A stretch of 64,000 nt of DNA, taken from the NCBI RefSeq assembly GCF_006345805.1, contig NC_043008.1, forward strand, positions 54,560,001 through 54,624,000, written 5' to 3'. Position numbers and translations under genes: made by a program. The DNA comes from Octopus sinensis. Lineage: Eukaryota. The notes below the pieces were generated by a model. It saw only the letters and a list, made by a program, of their open reading frames with translations. It did not search any database and was not told the DNA's origin. Shown here piece by piece: positions 26,856 to 40,283 of the stretch. How positions within the stretch are numbered: position 1 is the stretch's first letter; each line of letters opens with the position of its first letter.

Positions 26856-28302
26856 ACCCAAACATCTCCAATGACTAATACATTAAAATAATGGTGGCAG
26901 TGGAAGTGGTGGTACTGGCGGCAGTGATATTGGTGGCAATGGTGATGGTGGAAAACGGCAACGGTATGGTGGGTGTGTGTCACGGGAAGTGGTGGTGGCG
27001 ACGGTAGTTGCTTGTGAGCATATGCATGTGCGTGTGGACATGCAGTGTTGTCGGTTAAGCTGACAAAATCGACCCCATTAATACAGGTTTGATCTCCAGG
27101 TGAGGTATTTTGGTTTCAGTTTATTTTGTCTTTCTACCTGTAATGACTGCTCTGTTAACGAGCTAGAGAGGGGACATAGTCTCTGCCTTTTACCGTTTCA
27201 AACTAGATGACATAATCGTTGATGGAACGATTATGAAAGTTTTAGGTGTCTGTCTATTTATATTCTGACCTATCTTTTGATCTAGCTATCTATATATCTA
27301 TTTGTTAGTCTGTCTGTCCTTCTATAAGTCCATCTTTCTATGTATGTATGTATGTATGTATGTATGTATCTATCTATCTACATCTCTACCTCTCTGTACC
27401 TACTTACCTGTCTATAAACCTGTCTATCTGTCAGTCAGTCCATCCATCCATCCATCCATCCATCCATCCATCCATCCATCCATCCATCCATCCATCCATC
27501 CACCCACCCACCCATCCACCCACCACCACAACCACCACAACCAGGACGACGACGACGACGACGACCACCACCACCACCGTTTAACGTCTGCTTTCCATGC
27601 TGGCATGGGTTGGGCAATTTGATTGAGGACTGGTGAACCAGATGGCTGCACCAGGCTCCAATCTTGATCTTGCAGAGTTTCTTATCTTTCTATCCATCCA
27701 TTCATCCATGTATCTACCTACCTACTTACCTACCTACCTACCAACCTACCTACCTACCTACCTACCTACCTATCTACCTACCTACTCACCTACCTACCTA
27801 CATACCTACATACCTACCTACCTACCTACCTATCAACCTGTTGTAGGGTATGCATGAGAGGCCATATCTGGCTGCTTTGAAGATAAAGCAGGTAGGACCT
27901 TTGGGCCACATTTGGCCATTTTAAGTGACAAAAGGTTCATAATCCAGTGAAGCATTCTCACTTCATTTCTTTTTATCTCACACGTCTTCCACATTCGGTA
28001 CCAACATCTCTCTACCATGGCAGCTTCACACTACTCACAAATGTCTTAGAAATTACTCTTTTTTATGAACAACAGAATTAATAGCTTATAGAACTTTTTT
28101 CCACCCTATTCGTCTACTACTGTATTTTCCAGCATACTAATCAAAATTTCTGACTAAAATTTACAACCAAAGAAGAAATGTTAAATTGTACACATAGGTG
28201 ACTTTAGGGAACCCAAAATTCCATGTAAAATGTTGCAAGATTTGGAAAGATAATGATGTTGTTTGAATATTTACACTACATGTTTATACTATATAGAGTG
28301 GA

Positions 28303-28690
28303 GACGCAATGGCCCAGTGGTTAGGGCAGTGGACTCACGGTCATAGGATCGCAGTTTTGATTCCAAGACCGGGTGTTCAGAGTATTTATTGAGTGAAGAC
28401 AATTAAAGCTCCAAAAGGCTCCAGCAGGAGGGTGGGGTGACGAACTCTGCTGTACTCTTTCACCACAACTTTCTCTCACTCTTTCTTCCTGTTTCTCTTG
28501 TACCTGTATTTCAAAGGGCCAGCCTTGTCACACTGTCACACCGAATCTTCCCGAGAATTACGTAAAGGGTACATGTGTCTGTGGAATGCTCAGCCACTTG
28601 CATGTTAATTTCACAAGCAGGCTGTTCCATTGATTGGATCAGCTGGAACCCTTGTTGTTGAAACCGATGGAGTGTCACCACCATACTATG
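28303..28690 (+). mobile_element. tRNA-derived SINE, additional family
   Basis: Head GGAGACGCAATGGCCCAGTGGTTAGGGCAGTGGACT. Related pieces lie at ~35295-35580 (+), 55520-55790 (+), 53345-53640 (-), 16960-17115 (-), 4100-4240 and 12330-12460. Confidence 0.65.
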
Positions 28691-30075
28691 TACAATGATG
28701 ATTTGTATGTCAGAAACTTATGGCTCATAGTATTCTGGTTACAGTGCTTTCATAACCCCCATCTCCATGGCTAATTTAATTCTTTATTGTCCACAGGGGG
28801 CTAAACATAGAGGTGACAAACAAAGGGTTTTTAAGTCGATTACATCGACCCCAGTGTATAACTGGTACTTGTTTAATCGACCCCGAAAGGATGAAAGGCA
28901 AAGTTGACCTCAGCGGAATTTGAACTCAGAACGTAACGACAGACGAAATACCTATTTCTTTACTACCCACAAGGGGCTAAACACAGAGAGGACAAACAAG
29001 GACAGACAAACGGATTAACTTGATTATATTGACCCAAGTGCGTAACTGGTATTTATTTAATCGACCCCGAAAGGATGAAAGGCAAAGTCGACCTCTGCAG
29101 AATTTGAACTCAGAACGTAACGGCAGACGAAATACCACTAAGCATTTCACCTGACGTGCTAAAAATTCTGCCAGCTCGCCACCCTCTCTCCACGGCTAAT
29201 TACCGTGTGGAACCACCTCTTAGCTTTTATTGTTTCCAGTACAACTCTAGCCCTTAGTAGTAGCACCTGTCAGGATCCCAGCTGTGGGTTAATTAGCTTT
29301 GTTATGGACGAAACCCTAAGCACAAACTGTTGCTGTCTTGTGAGTACCTTGAGAAACAAAATGTTAGAGGATCAGCCTTGAGAGCAAATCAAAGAAATGA
29401 AGTCATCTCGGATGGTCTTGTGGCATCTTTGACACCTTTCTAGCAGCAACATAGTAGGTGGGGCTCTGCAGCCCTGTGAAGCAATTTACCCAGGAGAGTG
29501 CCCAGTAGCTGAGCCACTGTGGTCTGACCTCTAAGTCTAAAGGGTGGAGCCAGATTGCATGGATTGACCCTCACTTTAAGATTGCTAAATGCAGGCTGGA
29601 AGAAAAGCCCTGCAATGAGGGAGAAGAGACGAAAACAACAGGAATCTGAATAGTACTGGCAGTAGCAGCTTCAACTCTGCATCTAGGCTGCGCTTCCTTG
29701 TGCTTGTTGGACATGAAGGGCAGCCATCATCATTGTCGGTGGTGGCAATGGTGGCATCGTCTTATGTCTGTTTTCCTTGCCGGCATGGGTTGTACTGTTT
29801 GACAGGAGCTGGCAAGCCAGATTACACACACACCGCACGCACGCATGCACGCACACACACACACACACACACACATGCACACACACACACACATGCACAC
29901 ACGCACAAATATATATGTAATACATGCACACACATATGCACACATACATATTTATATCTTTTTGTATTTGACTTTGTGGAAACACATTAGTGGAATGTGG
30001 CCATGCTGGGGCACTGCCTTGAAGTGTTTAGCCAATAACCAAGCAATTCGACCCCAATACTTTTTTTATTTTTAA

Positions 30076-30296
30076 CCCTTTCGTTGCTGTATTTATTTTG
30101 AGATGCTCTGTGTTTCTTTCAATTAATTTTAAATATAACCAAGAATTTAGTAAAATAACTTAGTTATCATTAAGCTGGTGTTAGGAACATAAATTGTGTC
30201 TAAGGTTTGGTGGACAATTGTAATTCAAAACTTATGGAAACAAGACATTTGTAATCAGAGCCAGAGCTGGTTTCAGCCGGGTTGGTAATGAAAGGG
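30076..30296. mobile_element. piggyBac-like MITE (221 bp) nested in a SINE
   Basis: TTAA|CCCTTTCGTT ... AATGAAAGGG|ATAA. It is in the opposite orientation to the copy at 17532. Confidence 0.7.
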
Positions 30297-31513
30297 ATAA
30301 AGTCTGGTACTTATTTTATTGATCTCTTTTACCAAACTGCTAAGTTACACTTGTCAAGCAATGAACTAATGGTGGAGGTGGTGAGGGCAGTTTACACAAG
30401 AAGACATACATATACATACATAGATACATAGAAATACATACGTACACATACACAACAGCCTTCCTCACAGTTGCTGTCCACTTAATTCATCCATAAGGCA
30501 TTGGTCAGCTCGGGGCTATAGTAGAAGACACTTTCCTGAGGTATATGTGGTGGGGTTGAACCTAGAACCACGTGCTTGGAAAGCAAATTTCTTACCACAC
30601 AGCGATATCTTCACCTATATTCACACACACACACACACACACAGTCACACATGTTTTCTCTCTCTCTCCCTCTTTCTCTCCCTGTCTCCTGCTTTCTCTC
30701 CCCCTCTCTCTCCCTCTTTCTCTCCCCGTCTCTCCCCCTCTCCCTTTTTCTCTCCATCTCTCTCTCCCTCTTTCTCTCCCCGTCTCTCCCCCTCTCCCTT
30801 TTTCTCTCCATCTCTCTCACCCTCTTTCTCTCCCTCTCTCCCTCTTTCTCTCCCTTTCTCTCCCCCTCTCTCTCCCTCTTTCTCTCTCCCTATTCTCTCC
30901 CTCTCCCCCTCTCCCCCTCTCCCTCTTTCTCTCTCTTTCTCTCTCTCTTTCTCTCCCTCTTTCTTCCCCTCTCCCTTCTTTCTCCCACTCTCTCCCTCTC
31001 TCCCTCTTTCTCTCTCTCTCTCACCCCAACCCCCAAGATGGCAGTGAGTGGGGAGAAATTATTAAGAAGAGATGAAAGCAGAATTTAGATGCAGTTTAGT
31101 TTATATATTGCCCTAACGACTCCTAGTGTTAGTGCTCCCCTTACATAGTGCAGTTAGTGCAGCACAATGCACAGCGGGGTGGGTGCGCATAATATGCAAG
31201 GGTAAAAATAAAGGGACAAACATGAAACAATGGTGATTTTCAAACACAAACACCTGTTTGGTTTCTGATTGAAATTTCCTGGTTTTAGAGGGAGTACAGG
31301 TGGGTAAGCGGGTAGATTTAAGTTGGGTGGGGTGGGGTGGGGGGAGGCCGGGTAGGTTTTTTTTGTGGGGGTGGTGGGGTGGATGGGAAGGTAGGAGCTG
31401 GGTGGGTAAGGATTCTTTTGTGCATAGGTGGGGGGTTTATATTGTGGGAGGCGGGGAAGGAGTAAGATGTGCGGTTTTTGAGTGTTTGGGTCCTTACATG
31501 TCTGTGTAGGTGC

Positions 31514-31546
<33 letters not shown>

Positions 31547-32083
31547 TGTGTGTGTGTGTGTGTGAATGCCTATTTGATATACTCTTTTACTCTTTTACTT
31601 GTTTCAATCATTTGACTGTGGCCATGCTGGAGCACTGCCTTATAGTCGAGCAAATCGACCCCAGGACTTACTCTTTGTAAGCCTAGTACTTATTCTATCA
31701 GTGTCTTTTGCCAAACCGCTAAGTTACGGGGATGTAAACACACCAGTATCAGTTTTCAAGCGATGTTGGGGGGACAAACAGAGACACACAAACAGATACA
31801 CACACACATACATATATATATACGACAGGCATCTTTCAGTTTTCATCTACCAAATCCACTCACAAGGCTTTGGTTGGCCCAAGGCTATAGTAGAAGACAC
31901 CCAAGGTGCCATGCAGTGGGACTGAACCCGGAACCATGTGGTTCGTAAGCAAGCCACTTACCACACAGCCACTCCTACGCCTATATATTATATATACAAG
32001 GCACACATGCACACACAATCTTTTATATGTGTATGTATGTTTGTCCATATATATATAATGTATATATATTCAAACACACACAC

Positions 32084-32121
<38 letters not shown>

Positions 32122-32460
32122 ACAAATAAAACGATGATATTTTTCGAATGCAGAGTTGCCGTTAGAACAGCAGAAATCCTGGGTAAATTACCCATACAAG
32201 GTGGAAAAATTTGTCAACAACTGGCCATGTGACTCGAACACATATCCCTCAAAGACTCCAGCTAAGTGCTTTACCATTAAGCTAAACTGCCCACCACCAA
32301 ATAAACTACTGAATTTAGACACTAAATACTTTATCTTTATGGAACAACCATGTATCGTAAACTACACATTTTTGATGTTTCTATTGCAAGAACAAATATT
32401 TGATTATATTTATACATACATACGTACATACATACATACATACATATATATATATATATA

Positions 32461-32897
32461 GGTGAATGAATTATCCTATGTTTACCGTCAACATGGAAAA
32501 TCGATGAACCGATACCAGGGTAGCAAATTCATGTCAGAAACATGGTTGAAGCGACCTGTCCAAGGGTAGAAACTCCGGGTTCATGTGCAGAAATTTGTGT
32601 GTTATATATGAATAAATAAATGAATGGAGTTGAACGAAGATGTTAACAAAATTCCTTTACTCTCGACATATGTTTCGAAGACAACATGGTTTCATTCCAA
32701 AGGAATAAACGGTGCATCCTTTACTCTCAACATATGTTTCGAAGACAATATGGTTTCATTCCAAAGGAATAAACGGTGCATCTTGCACCATTTATTCCTT
32801 TGGAATGAAACCATGTTGTCTTCGAAACATATGTCGAGAGTAAAGGAATTTTGTTAACATCTTCGTTCAACTCCATTCATTTATTTATTCATATATA
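32461..32897. mobile_element. Divergent inverted Penelope-like remnant with hammerhead 3' half
   Basis: Inverted arms meet at 32775-32789, and there is a 64-bp internal duplication. Each arm has GAAAC-ATAT-GTC. Both outer ends run into (TA)n. Confidence 0.6.
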
Positions 32898-33434
32898 TAT
32901 ATGAATTTGAACTCAGAACATACCGGCAGATGAAATACTTATTTATTTACTACCCAAAGGGGGCTAAACACAGAGGGGACAAACGGATTAAGTCGATTAT
33001 ATCAACCCCAGTGCGTAACTGGTACTTATTTAATCGACCCCGAAAGGATGAAAGGCAAAGTTGACCTCGGCGGAATTTGAACTCAGAATGTAGCGCCAGA
33101 TGAAATACTGCTAAGCATTTCACACGACGTGCTAACGATTCTGCCAGCTTGCCGCCTTCTGTAGACTTCTACTTTCTTAACACAATCCTCTGGCTACCAA
33201 AACATGCGACAAACCTGACCCCTCTCCCCCACTAATTAAGTATAAGCCCAACCCAATCTCATTAATGGGCTTCTTAGTTACAAGATTCATGGTCAACCTG
33301 AGGACAAGGCAATCATGAAAGAAGGACACGCGTTAGATTTGAACCTGGGACATGAATGACTACAAAATAAACTTCTTAACCGCTTGGCCATTTTGTCTGT
33401 GTCAGATGAAAACGATTGCTACCACCACCACTAA

Positions 33435-33473
<39 letters not shown>

Positions 33474-33941
33474 TTATTATCATTATAAATTCATTGAACA
33501 GGTTTTAGCAGTTCAGTGTAAAATGAGAACATGAATACAAGTGCAGTAAGAAAACCGGAGGTGCTGGAGGGGAGGGGCAGTGGATAGATATCGGCATGGT
33601 GGTGGTGGTGGTGGTGATCTTAGTGGTGGCAAGGTTGATGGTGGTGGTGGTGGTGATGGTGGTGGTAGTGGTGGCAGTGTTAGTGGTGGTGATTGTTGTA
33701 AGAAGCTTGATCTTAGAATAATAATAAAAAATAGCAGTAAAAACAAACCACCGCATAGAACACCCATCCACACACACACATATGCTTGCACGCACACATG
33801 TACACACACACACATGCACACACACACACACCTCACTCAGACACAATAACGTTAACATATACAGTCACACAGACAGATAAAATAACTGTTTTTATTGCAC
33901 CCAATTGAATAATAATAATAATAGTAATAATAATGATAATA

Positions 33942-33978
<37 letters not shown>

Positions 33979-34374
33979 TGATAATAATAATAATAATGAT
34001 AATAATAATAATAATGATAATAATAATAATAATGATAATAATGATAATAATAATAATATGAGATATTTTCTCTGTGACAATATAATGGTATTTAGGTGTG
34101 GATGGGGTAGAATTGAATTTTTCAGTGATAATATGGATGTACTTAGGGGTAGATGTGGTAAAACTGGGATTTTCAAAGAAAATATGGTGGAATTAAGGGA
34201 TGAATAAGGTAGAAGTGAATGTTTGTATTTAGTCTTTCTTTTACTCCTAATAAAGGGTATGTCAGATATTGTTATATAACAACAACAAAAAAAAGGAAAT
34301 ACCCAAGGTATCTTGCTGTGGGGTTGAACCCAAAGCCATGTAGTTGGAAGCCAAGTCATTTAACCACACAGCCA

Positions 34375-34413
<39 letters not shown>

Positions 34414-34648
34414 TATCTGACAATATGTATTTATGCAAATGTGTGCATGTATTTATGTGTGTGTATATGTGTGTGTTTATGTGTGTTTATGTGTTTGTAG
34501 GTAATACAACTTATGCAATCACTATAGCAACTGTTATCAACCATGTGGTTTAATTAGCAACAAGTAGGTTAGTGAATACAAATAGATACATGTTTATGCA
34601 TGTGTGTATATGTGACTGTGTGTATATAAATATATATTTATATCTGTT

Positions 34649-35170
34649 AGGCGGCGAGCTGGCAGAAATGTTAGCACACCAGGCGAAACGCTTAGTGGTA
34701 TTTCGTCTGCCGTTACGTTCTGAGTTCAAATTCCGCTTAGGTCGACTTTGCTTTTCATCCTTTCAGGGTCGATAAATTAAATACCAGTTACGCACTGGGT
34801 GGGGGTGGGGGCGATCTAATCAACTTAATCCGTTTATCCCCTCTATGTTTAGCCTCTTGTGGGCAATAAAGAAATATATATTTATATCTGTTAGGCGGCG
34901 AGCTGGCAGAAATGTTAGCACACCAGGCGAAACGCTGAGTGGTATTTCGTCTGCCGTTACGTTCTGAGTTCAAATTCCGCTTAGGTCGACTTTGCTTTTC
35001 ATCCTTTCAGGGTCGATAAATTAAATACCAGTTACGCACTGGGTGGGGGTGGGGGCGATCTAATCAACTTAATCCGTTTATCCCCTCTATGTTTAGCCTC
35101 TTGTGGGCAATAAAGAAATATATATTTATATCTGTTAGGCGGCGAGCTGGCAGAAATGTTAGCACACCAG
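34649..35170 (+). mobile_element. Tandem 244-bp duplication of a Meta-domain-like SINE plus its flank
   Basis: AGGCGGCGAGC starts at 34649, 34893 and 35137, each preceded by AAATATATATTTATATCTGTT. Confidence 0.85.
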
Positions 35171-35219
35171 GCAAGAACGTGAAACCCTGAGTAGCAGTTT
35201 TTTAGCTTTAATAATGAAG

Positions 35220-35263
<44 letters not shown>

Positions 35264-36089
35264 ACACACACTTATATATTTATACATATATATACCTGTA
35301 AGGTCATGAGTTCAATTTCCAGTGATGCATTATGTCCTTGAGCATGACACTTTATTTCACATTGCCCCAGTCCACTCAGCTGACAAAAATGAGTAGTGCC
35401 CGTATTTCAAAGGGCCAGCTTTGTCACACTCTGTATCATGTTGGATCTCCCTGGCAGTTATGTTAAGGGTACACGTGTCTGTGGAATACTCAGCCACTTG
35501 CACGTTAATTTCACAAGCAGGCTGTTCTATTGATCAACTGGGACCCTTGTTTTCGTAACCGGCAGAGCACCAGTCTGCCAGTAAATAGTAACCCTCTTGT
35601 CGCTATATTTGTCTTTTATCTTGCTTCAGTCGTTAGACTGTGACCATGCTGGAGCACTGTCTTGAAGACGTTTAGTCAAACAAATCAATATATCAGTCTC
35701 TTTTGCCAAACTGCAAAGTTATGGTGACATAAACATGATGACACTGGTTGTTAAGCTGTGGCGAGTGGCAACAGACACATGTGCACACATTCTCTCTCTC
35801 GCTCACACACATGCATACATACACACACATATGCATATACACACACATGCATACCTACACATACACACATACACAAACACATGCATACATACACATGCAT
35901 ACACACACACACACACGAAGCTTCTTTTAGTTTCCATCTACCAAATCCACTCATAAGACTTTAGTAGAAAACACTTGGCCCAAGGTGCCATGCAGTGGAA
36001 TTGAACCTGGAAGCATGTGTTTGGGAAGCACACTTTTTACCACAGAGACACAAATATACTGCATTTGTTTCATTCAGTATTCTGTTCTA

Positions 36090-36655
36090 CTCTAGGCACA
36101 AGGCCCGAAATTTTTGGGGAGAGGGCCAATCAATTAGATCAACCCCAATATGCAATTGTTACTTAATTTATCAACCCCGAAAATATGAAAGGCAATGTCA
36201 ACCTCGGAATTTGAACTCAGAATGTAGAGACAGATGAAATACCTATTTCTTTACTACCCACAAGGGGCTAAACACAGAGAGGACAAACAAGGACGGACAA
36301 ATGGATTAAGTCGATTATATCGACCCCAGTGCGTAACTGGTACTTATTTAATCGACCCCGAAAGGATGAAAGGCAAAGTCGACCACAGCGGAATTTGAAC
36401 TCAGAACGTAAAGACAGGCAAAATACCTATTTCTTTACTACCCACAAGGGGCTAAACACAGAGAAGACAAACAAGAACAGACAAAGGGATTTAAGTCAAT
36501 TATATCGACCCCAGTGCGTAACTGGTACTTATTTAATCGACCCCGAAAGGATGAAAGGCAAAGTCGACCTTGGCGGAATTTGAACTCAGAATGTAGAGAC
36601 AGAAGAAATACCGCTAAGCATTTTGCCTGGCACGCTAACGATTCTACCAGCTCGC
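36090..36655 (-). mobile_element. Concatemer of Meta-domain-like SINE (one full head plus head-truncated copies)
   Basis: 184-bp period, with the tail joined to internal GGTATTTC. The same junction occurs at ~28946. Confidence 0.8.
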
Positions 36656-37273
36656 AAAATAATGACGAATCTATTAATATAACTGCCATTATTAATCTGG
36701 TGTTTGTAATTTAAATGAAAGTGAAATTTTGAAAGAAATCCTTTTAAATTTAGATCATTTGAGTGCAGTTTCAGGCCAGTTAGTATGAAAAAGGTTAAAT
36801 ATTTGTTATTCTAATCCAGTTTGGTTGTTAAGGTTGTTTTCGTTAACAATAGCGAAAAATATGTGTGGAATTCACGCTAAAGTGCCTCATATTATTGTGT
36901 AACAAGCTTAATAATTGATGATATAAATAATTATTTTATTGTAAATATACCATATTTAACTTTATTATCTATTTATTTCTGCTTAAAATAGTGATTGTTC
37001 GTCTTTGTGTAAAGGAGAGAGTGGTGGTGGTGGTGGTGGTGGTGGCAGCAGTGGTTGTTGTTGTGGTGGTGGGAATGGTTGTGTTCTTGAATGTCATGTC
37101 TTGTAGTGAAACTTGAATGTCTCTAAATGCTATTGTTTTGCATTTCAAATTTGGTAGGATGTGAGGTCAGTCGTAGGCTAACCCTTGGCATGAGTGTTGC
37201 AGCATGCATGCATGCACGTATACATGTGCGCACACACACACACACACAACACACACACACACATACTTACATA

Positions 37274-37585
37274 GGCACATGGCTCAGTGGTGAGAGCATC
37301 GAGCTTACGATCGTGGAGGTTGTGAGTTCGAATCCCGGACCGGGCCGAGTGTTGTGTTCTTGAGCAAGACACTTTGTTTCACGTTGCTCCAGTTCACTCA
37401 GCTGTAGAAAGGAGTTGTGATGTCACAGGTGCCAATCTGGACAACACTGGCGGCGTGGAGAGGGGAGGCCGGTATGCCTGGGCGACTGCTAGTCTTCCAT
37501 AAACAACCTTGCCCGGACTTGTGCCTCGGAGGGGAACTTTCTAGGTGCAATCCCATGGTCAGTCATGACCGAAGGGGCTCTCAGC
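37274..37585 (+). mobile_element. tRNA-derived SINE, further family
   Basis: A box (GGCTCAGTGG) and B box (GAGTTCGAATCC), then GTTCTTGAGCAAGACACTT. Other copies lie at ~24835-25140 (+) and 15985-16312 (-). Confidence 0.75.
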
Positions 37586-38162
37586 ATATATATATATATA
37601 TAGGGTAGAAAAATTAGAGAAATTTTCTACCATACATACATAGATGAATGTACACATGTGCATTCATATGCTCATATGCACTCTGGGTCATGAATTACAA
37701 ATATGTATGCACTTCATGTATAGATATATAATTAAAATGGCTATCTGTGTATCATACTTAATGCAAATACATCATTGAAAAGCAATTTGCTGTGGTATTC
37801 ATTCAGAAATAACACTTCATATGGATGTGCTATGTTTAAAAACACAATACATATCAGAGGGGGATGTAAAAGTGTCCCAGTAGTGGTTAGTGAGAATACC
37901 AGATGCATTGCAACCATGTTAGACCCTATCAGTGGTATCTACTGATAGTCTACTATGCTTTACTCAACTATTTCCTGTATATAAATCTTGTCTAACTCTA
38001 ACTCTAACTCTAACTGTGAAATTAAATTTCATGAAATGATTGCAGTATGGAAGACAAAAATTAGCCATTCAGAAATGTGCAAAGACCATTAATGTTTATT
38101 TGTAATATTGTGTCAAAATCTGATGGCAAGATGAGCTGCTATTGATCACACTATCCCAAAGT

Positions 38163-38332
38163 GACCAAGGACCACATGCAACCAGGGACCACATATGACC
38201 AAGGACCACATGCGATTGGGAACCGCATGTGACCAGGGACCAAGTATGACTGAGAACCACGTGTGACCAGGGGCCACATGTGACTAGGGACCATGTGTGA
38301 CCAGGGACCGCATGCGACCGAAGCCCACATGT
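38163..38332. repeat. 17-bp minisatellite, 10 copies
   Basis: Consensus GACCAGGGACCACATGT, in constant 17-nt register. Confidence 0.9.
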
Positions 38333-39224
38333 GAACTTGTATTCCCACAGGACTCTGAACATGAACTCTACACCTCAACAACAAATGATGATCATGGCTA
38401 CAACATCCATACTTTCAGACTTAATCAACATTCGTGACGGACATGGTGAACTCATTGGCTGGAGCCAGCTTGACCCATTGTAGGTGAATGCCACTGCAAG
38501 CACTAGTTGTGGTACACACTGGGAATGAAACCAAAATCTTGTGGTTTGGAAGTAAACTTATAAACCTTTGGCCATGACTGCTCCATGCTTTCTAGTTCCA
38601 ACTTCGCCATCACAGTTTTATTACTGAATGTTTGTTTTACCTAAATTAGCCTCCTTTATATTGTAACAACTTAACTATTTACTGCTCTTGTTCTGGTAGT
38701 TGTTGGTATTGTTGTAGTTACTGTTACTGGTGGTGTTGTCTGTTGTAATGAGGCTCATTCATATCTGTAACGACTTGACTATCTGCTGCCACTGAAGCTA
38801 ACTGCTTCTACTGGGGATGTTGGTGAAAGCAGTGGAGGTGTAGGTTATAAAAGAGGCTCATTGATGTTAAAATAAAATAAAAGTAAAATAAAATACAAAA
38901 AAAAAACAAAACAAAAAAACAGAAGCTACACATCCTTGTCAAATTTTAAGCTCTAACCTGAATCTTTGATTAGTTGTCATAGATAAGTAGCTGATTAGAA
39001 GGATCAAACAACAGGACTGTTTAAAACTGGATTAGCTTCAATAAAATTGCTTGATTCTTTTTATTTCACACCTGATTTTTCACTGGTTCTGCTAGAAAAA
39101 TCTAACACTTTTCCATTCCGTCTATTTTCCATTGTGTGTCTTCTCTAGCTTTCTTCATCTTCTTGTGCTTTATTCTGTCTCCTGTTTCGCTCTTGTTCTC
39201 CCCGTCTCCTATTAATTTCTCTCT

Positions 39225-39625
39225 GTAAGTATGGCTGGGTGGTTAAGAAGTTCACTTCCCGACCTCATGGTTTCAGATTCAGTCCCACTGCATGGCACCT
39301 TTGGCAAGTGTCTTCTGCTATAGCATTGGGCTGACCAAACCTTGTCAGTGGATTTGGTAGATAGAAACAGGAAGAAGCCCGTCGTATATGTATATATATG
39401 GATATGTGTGTGTATATGTTTGTATGTATATTTGTCTCCCCAACATCGCTTGACAACCGATATTGATGTGTTCATGTCTCCGTCACCTAGCGGTTTGGTA
39501 AAAGAGAACAATAGAATAAGTACTAGGTTTACAAAGAATAAGTCCTGGGGTCAATTTGCTCGACTAAAGGTGATGCTCCAACATGGCCACCGTCAAATGG
39601 CTAAAACAAGTAAAAGAGTAATATA
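39225..39625 (+). mobile_element. CORE-like (OR-type) SINE, plus-strand copy
   Basis: Same family as 16505. Further plus-strand copies lie at ~40904-41230, 43494-43932, 59900-60100 (partial) and 63218-63590. Confidence 0.8.
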
Positions 39626-39778
39626 GATAGATAAATATATATATATAATATATATCTATATATACACACATATATACATATACTTATATATGTATATATG
39701 TATGTATATATGTATAGATATATATATATACACACACACAAATACACACATACACATATACACACACAATTATACATA

Positions 39779-39817
<39 letters not shown>

Positions 39818-39820
39818 TAT

Positions 39821-40240
39821 ATCGTGACGCATATTGGCCATTTGAATATGGCTAACCCCTAAGGGTGGTGCTACTGTAGTTTGTAGCCCCAGGAAGATAT
39901 CTCCTCCAGCTGCCTATAGACACACATCTGTGTTTTCTCAGTATTTGTGAAGGGAAGTCATCCTCTCCGTCTTCAACTCATGATACACACGGACCCAAGT
40001 TTCAAGGTGTTTACCTTTCATCGGGTCCGTGTGTATCATGAGTTGAAGACGGGGAGGATGACTTCCCTTCACAAATACTGAGAGGACACAGATAGTGTGT
40101 CTATAGCCAGCTGGAGGAGATATCTTCCTGGGGCTACAAACTACAGTAGCATCCACCCTTAGGGGTTAGCCATATTCAAATGGCAAATATGCGTCACGAT
40201 GTGTTACCACTACTGTTTATAACTCGCTCTGAGATTTATC

Positions 40241-40242
<2 letters not shown>
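39821..40242. mobile_element. Fold-back element bounded by (TA)n
   Basis: Near-perfect ~177-bp inverted arms (39821-39996 / 40023-40200) with a 26-nt spacer. The right side extends ~42 bp further to a (TA)n tract. Confidence 0.75.

Positions 40243-40283
<41 letters not shown>

Noticed and set aside
27860-28030. Possible RTE fragment (KRNEVRMLHW) on the minus strand
   Set aside because: Too short and degenerate to call.
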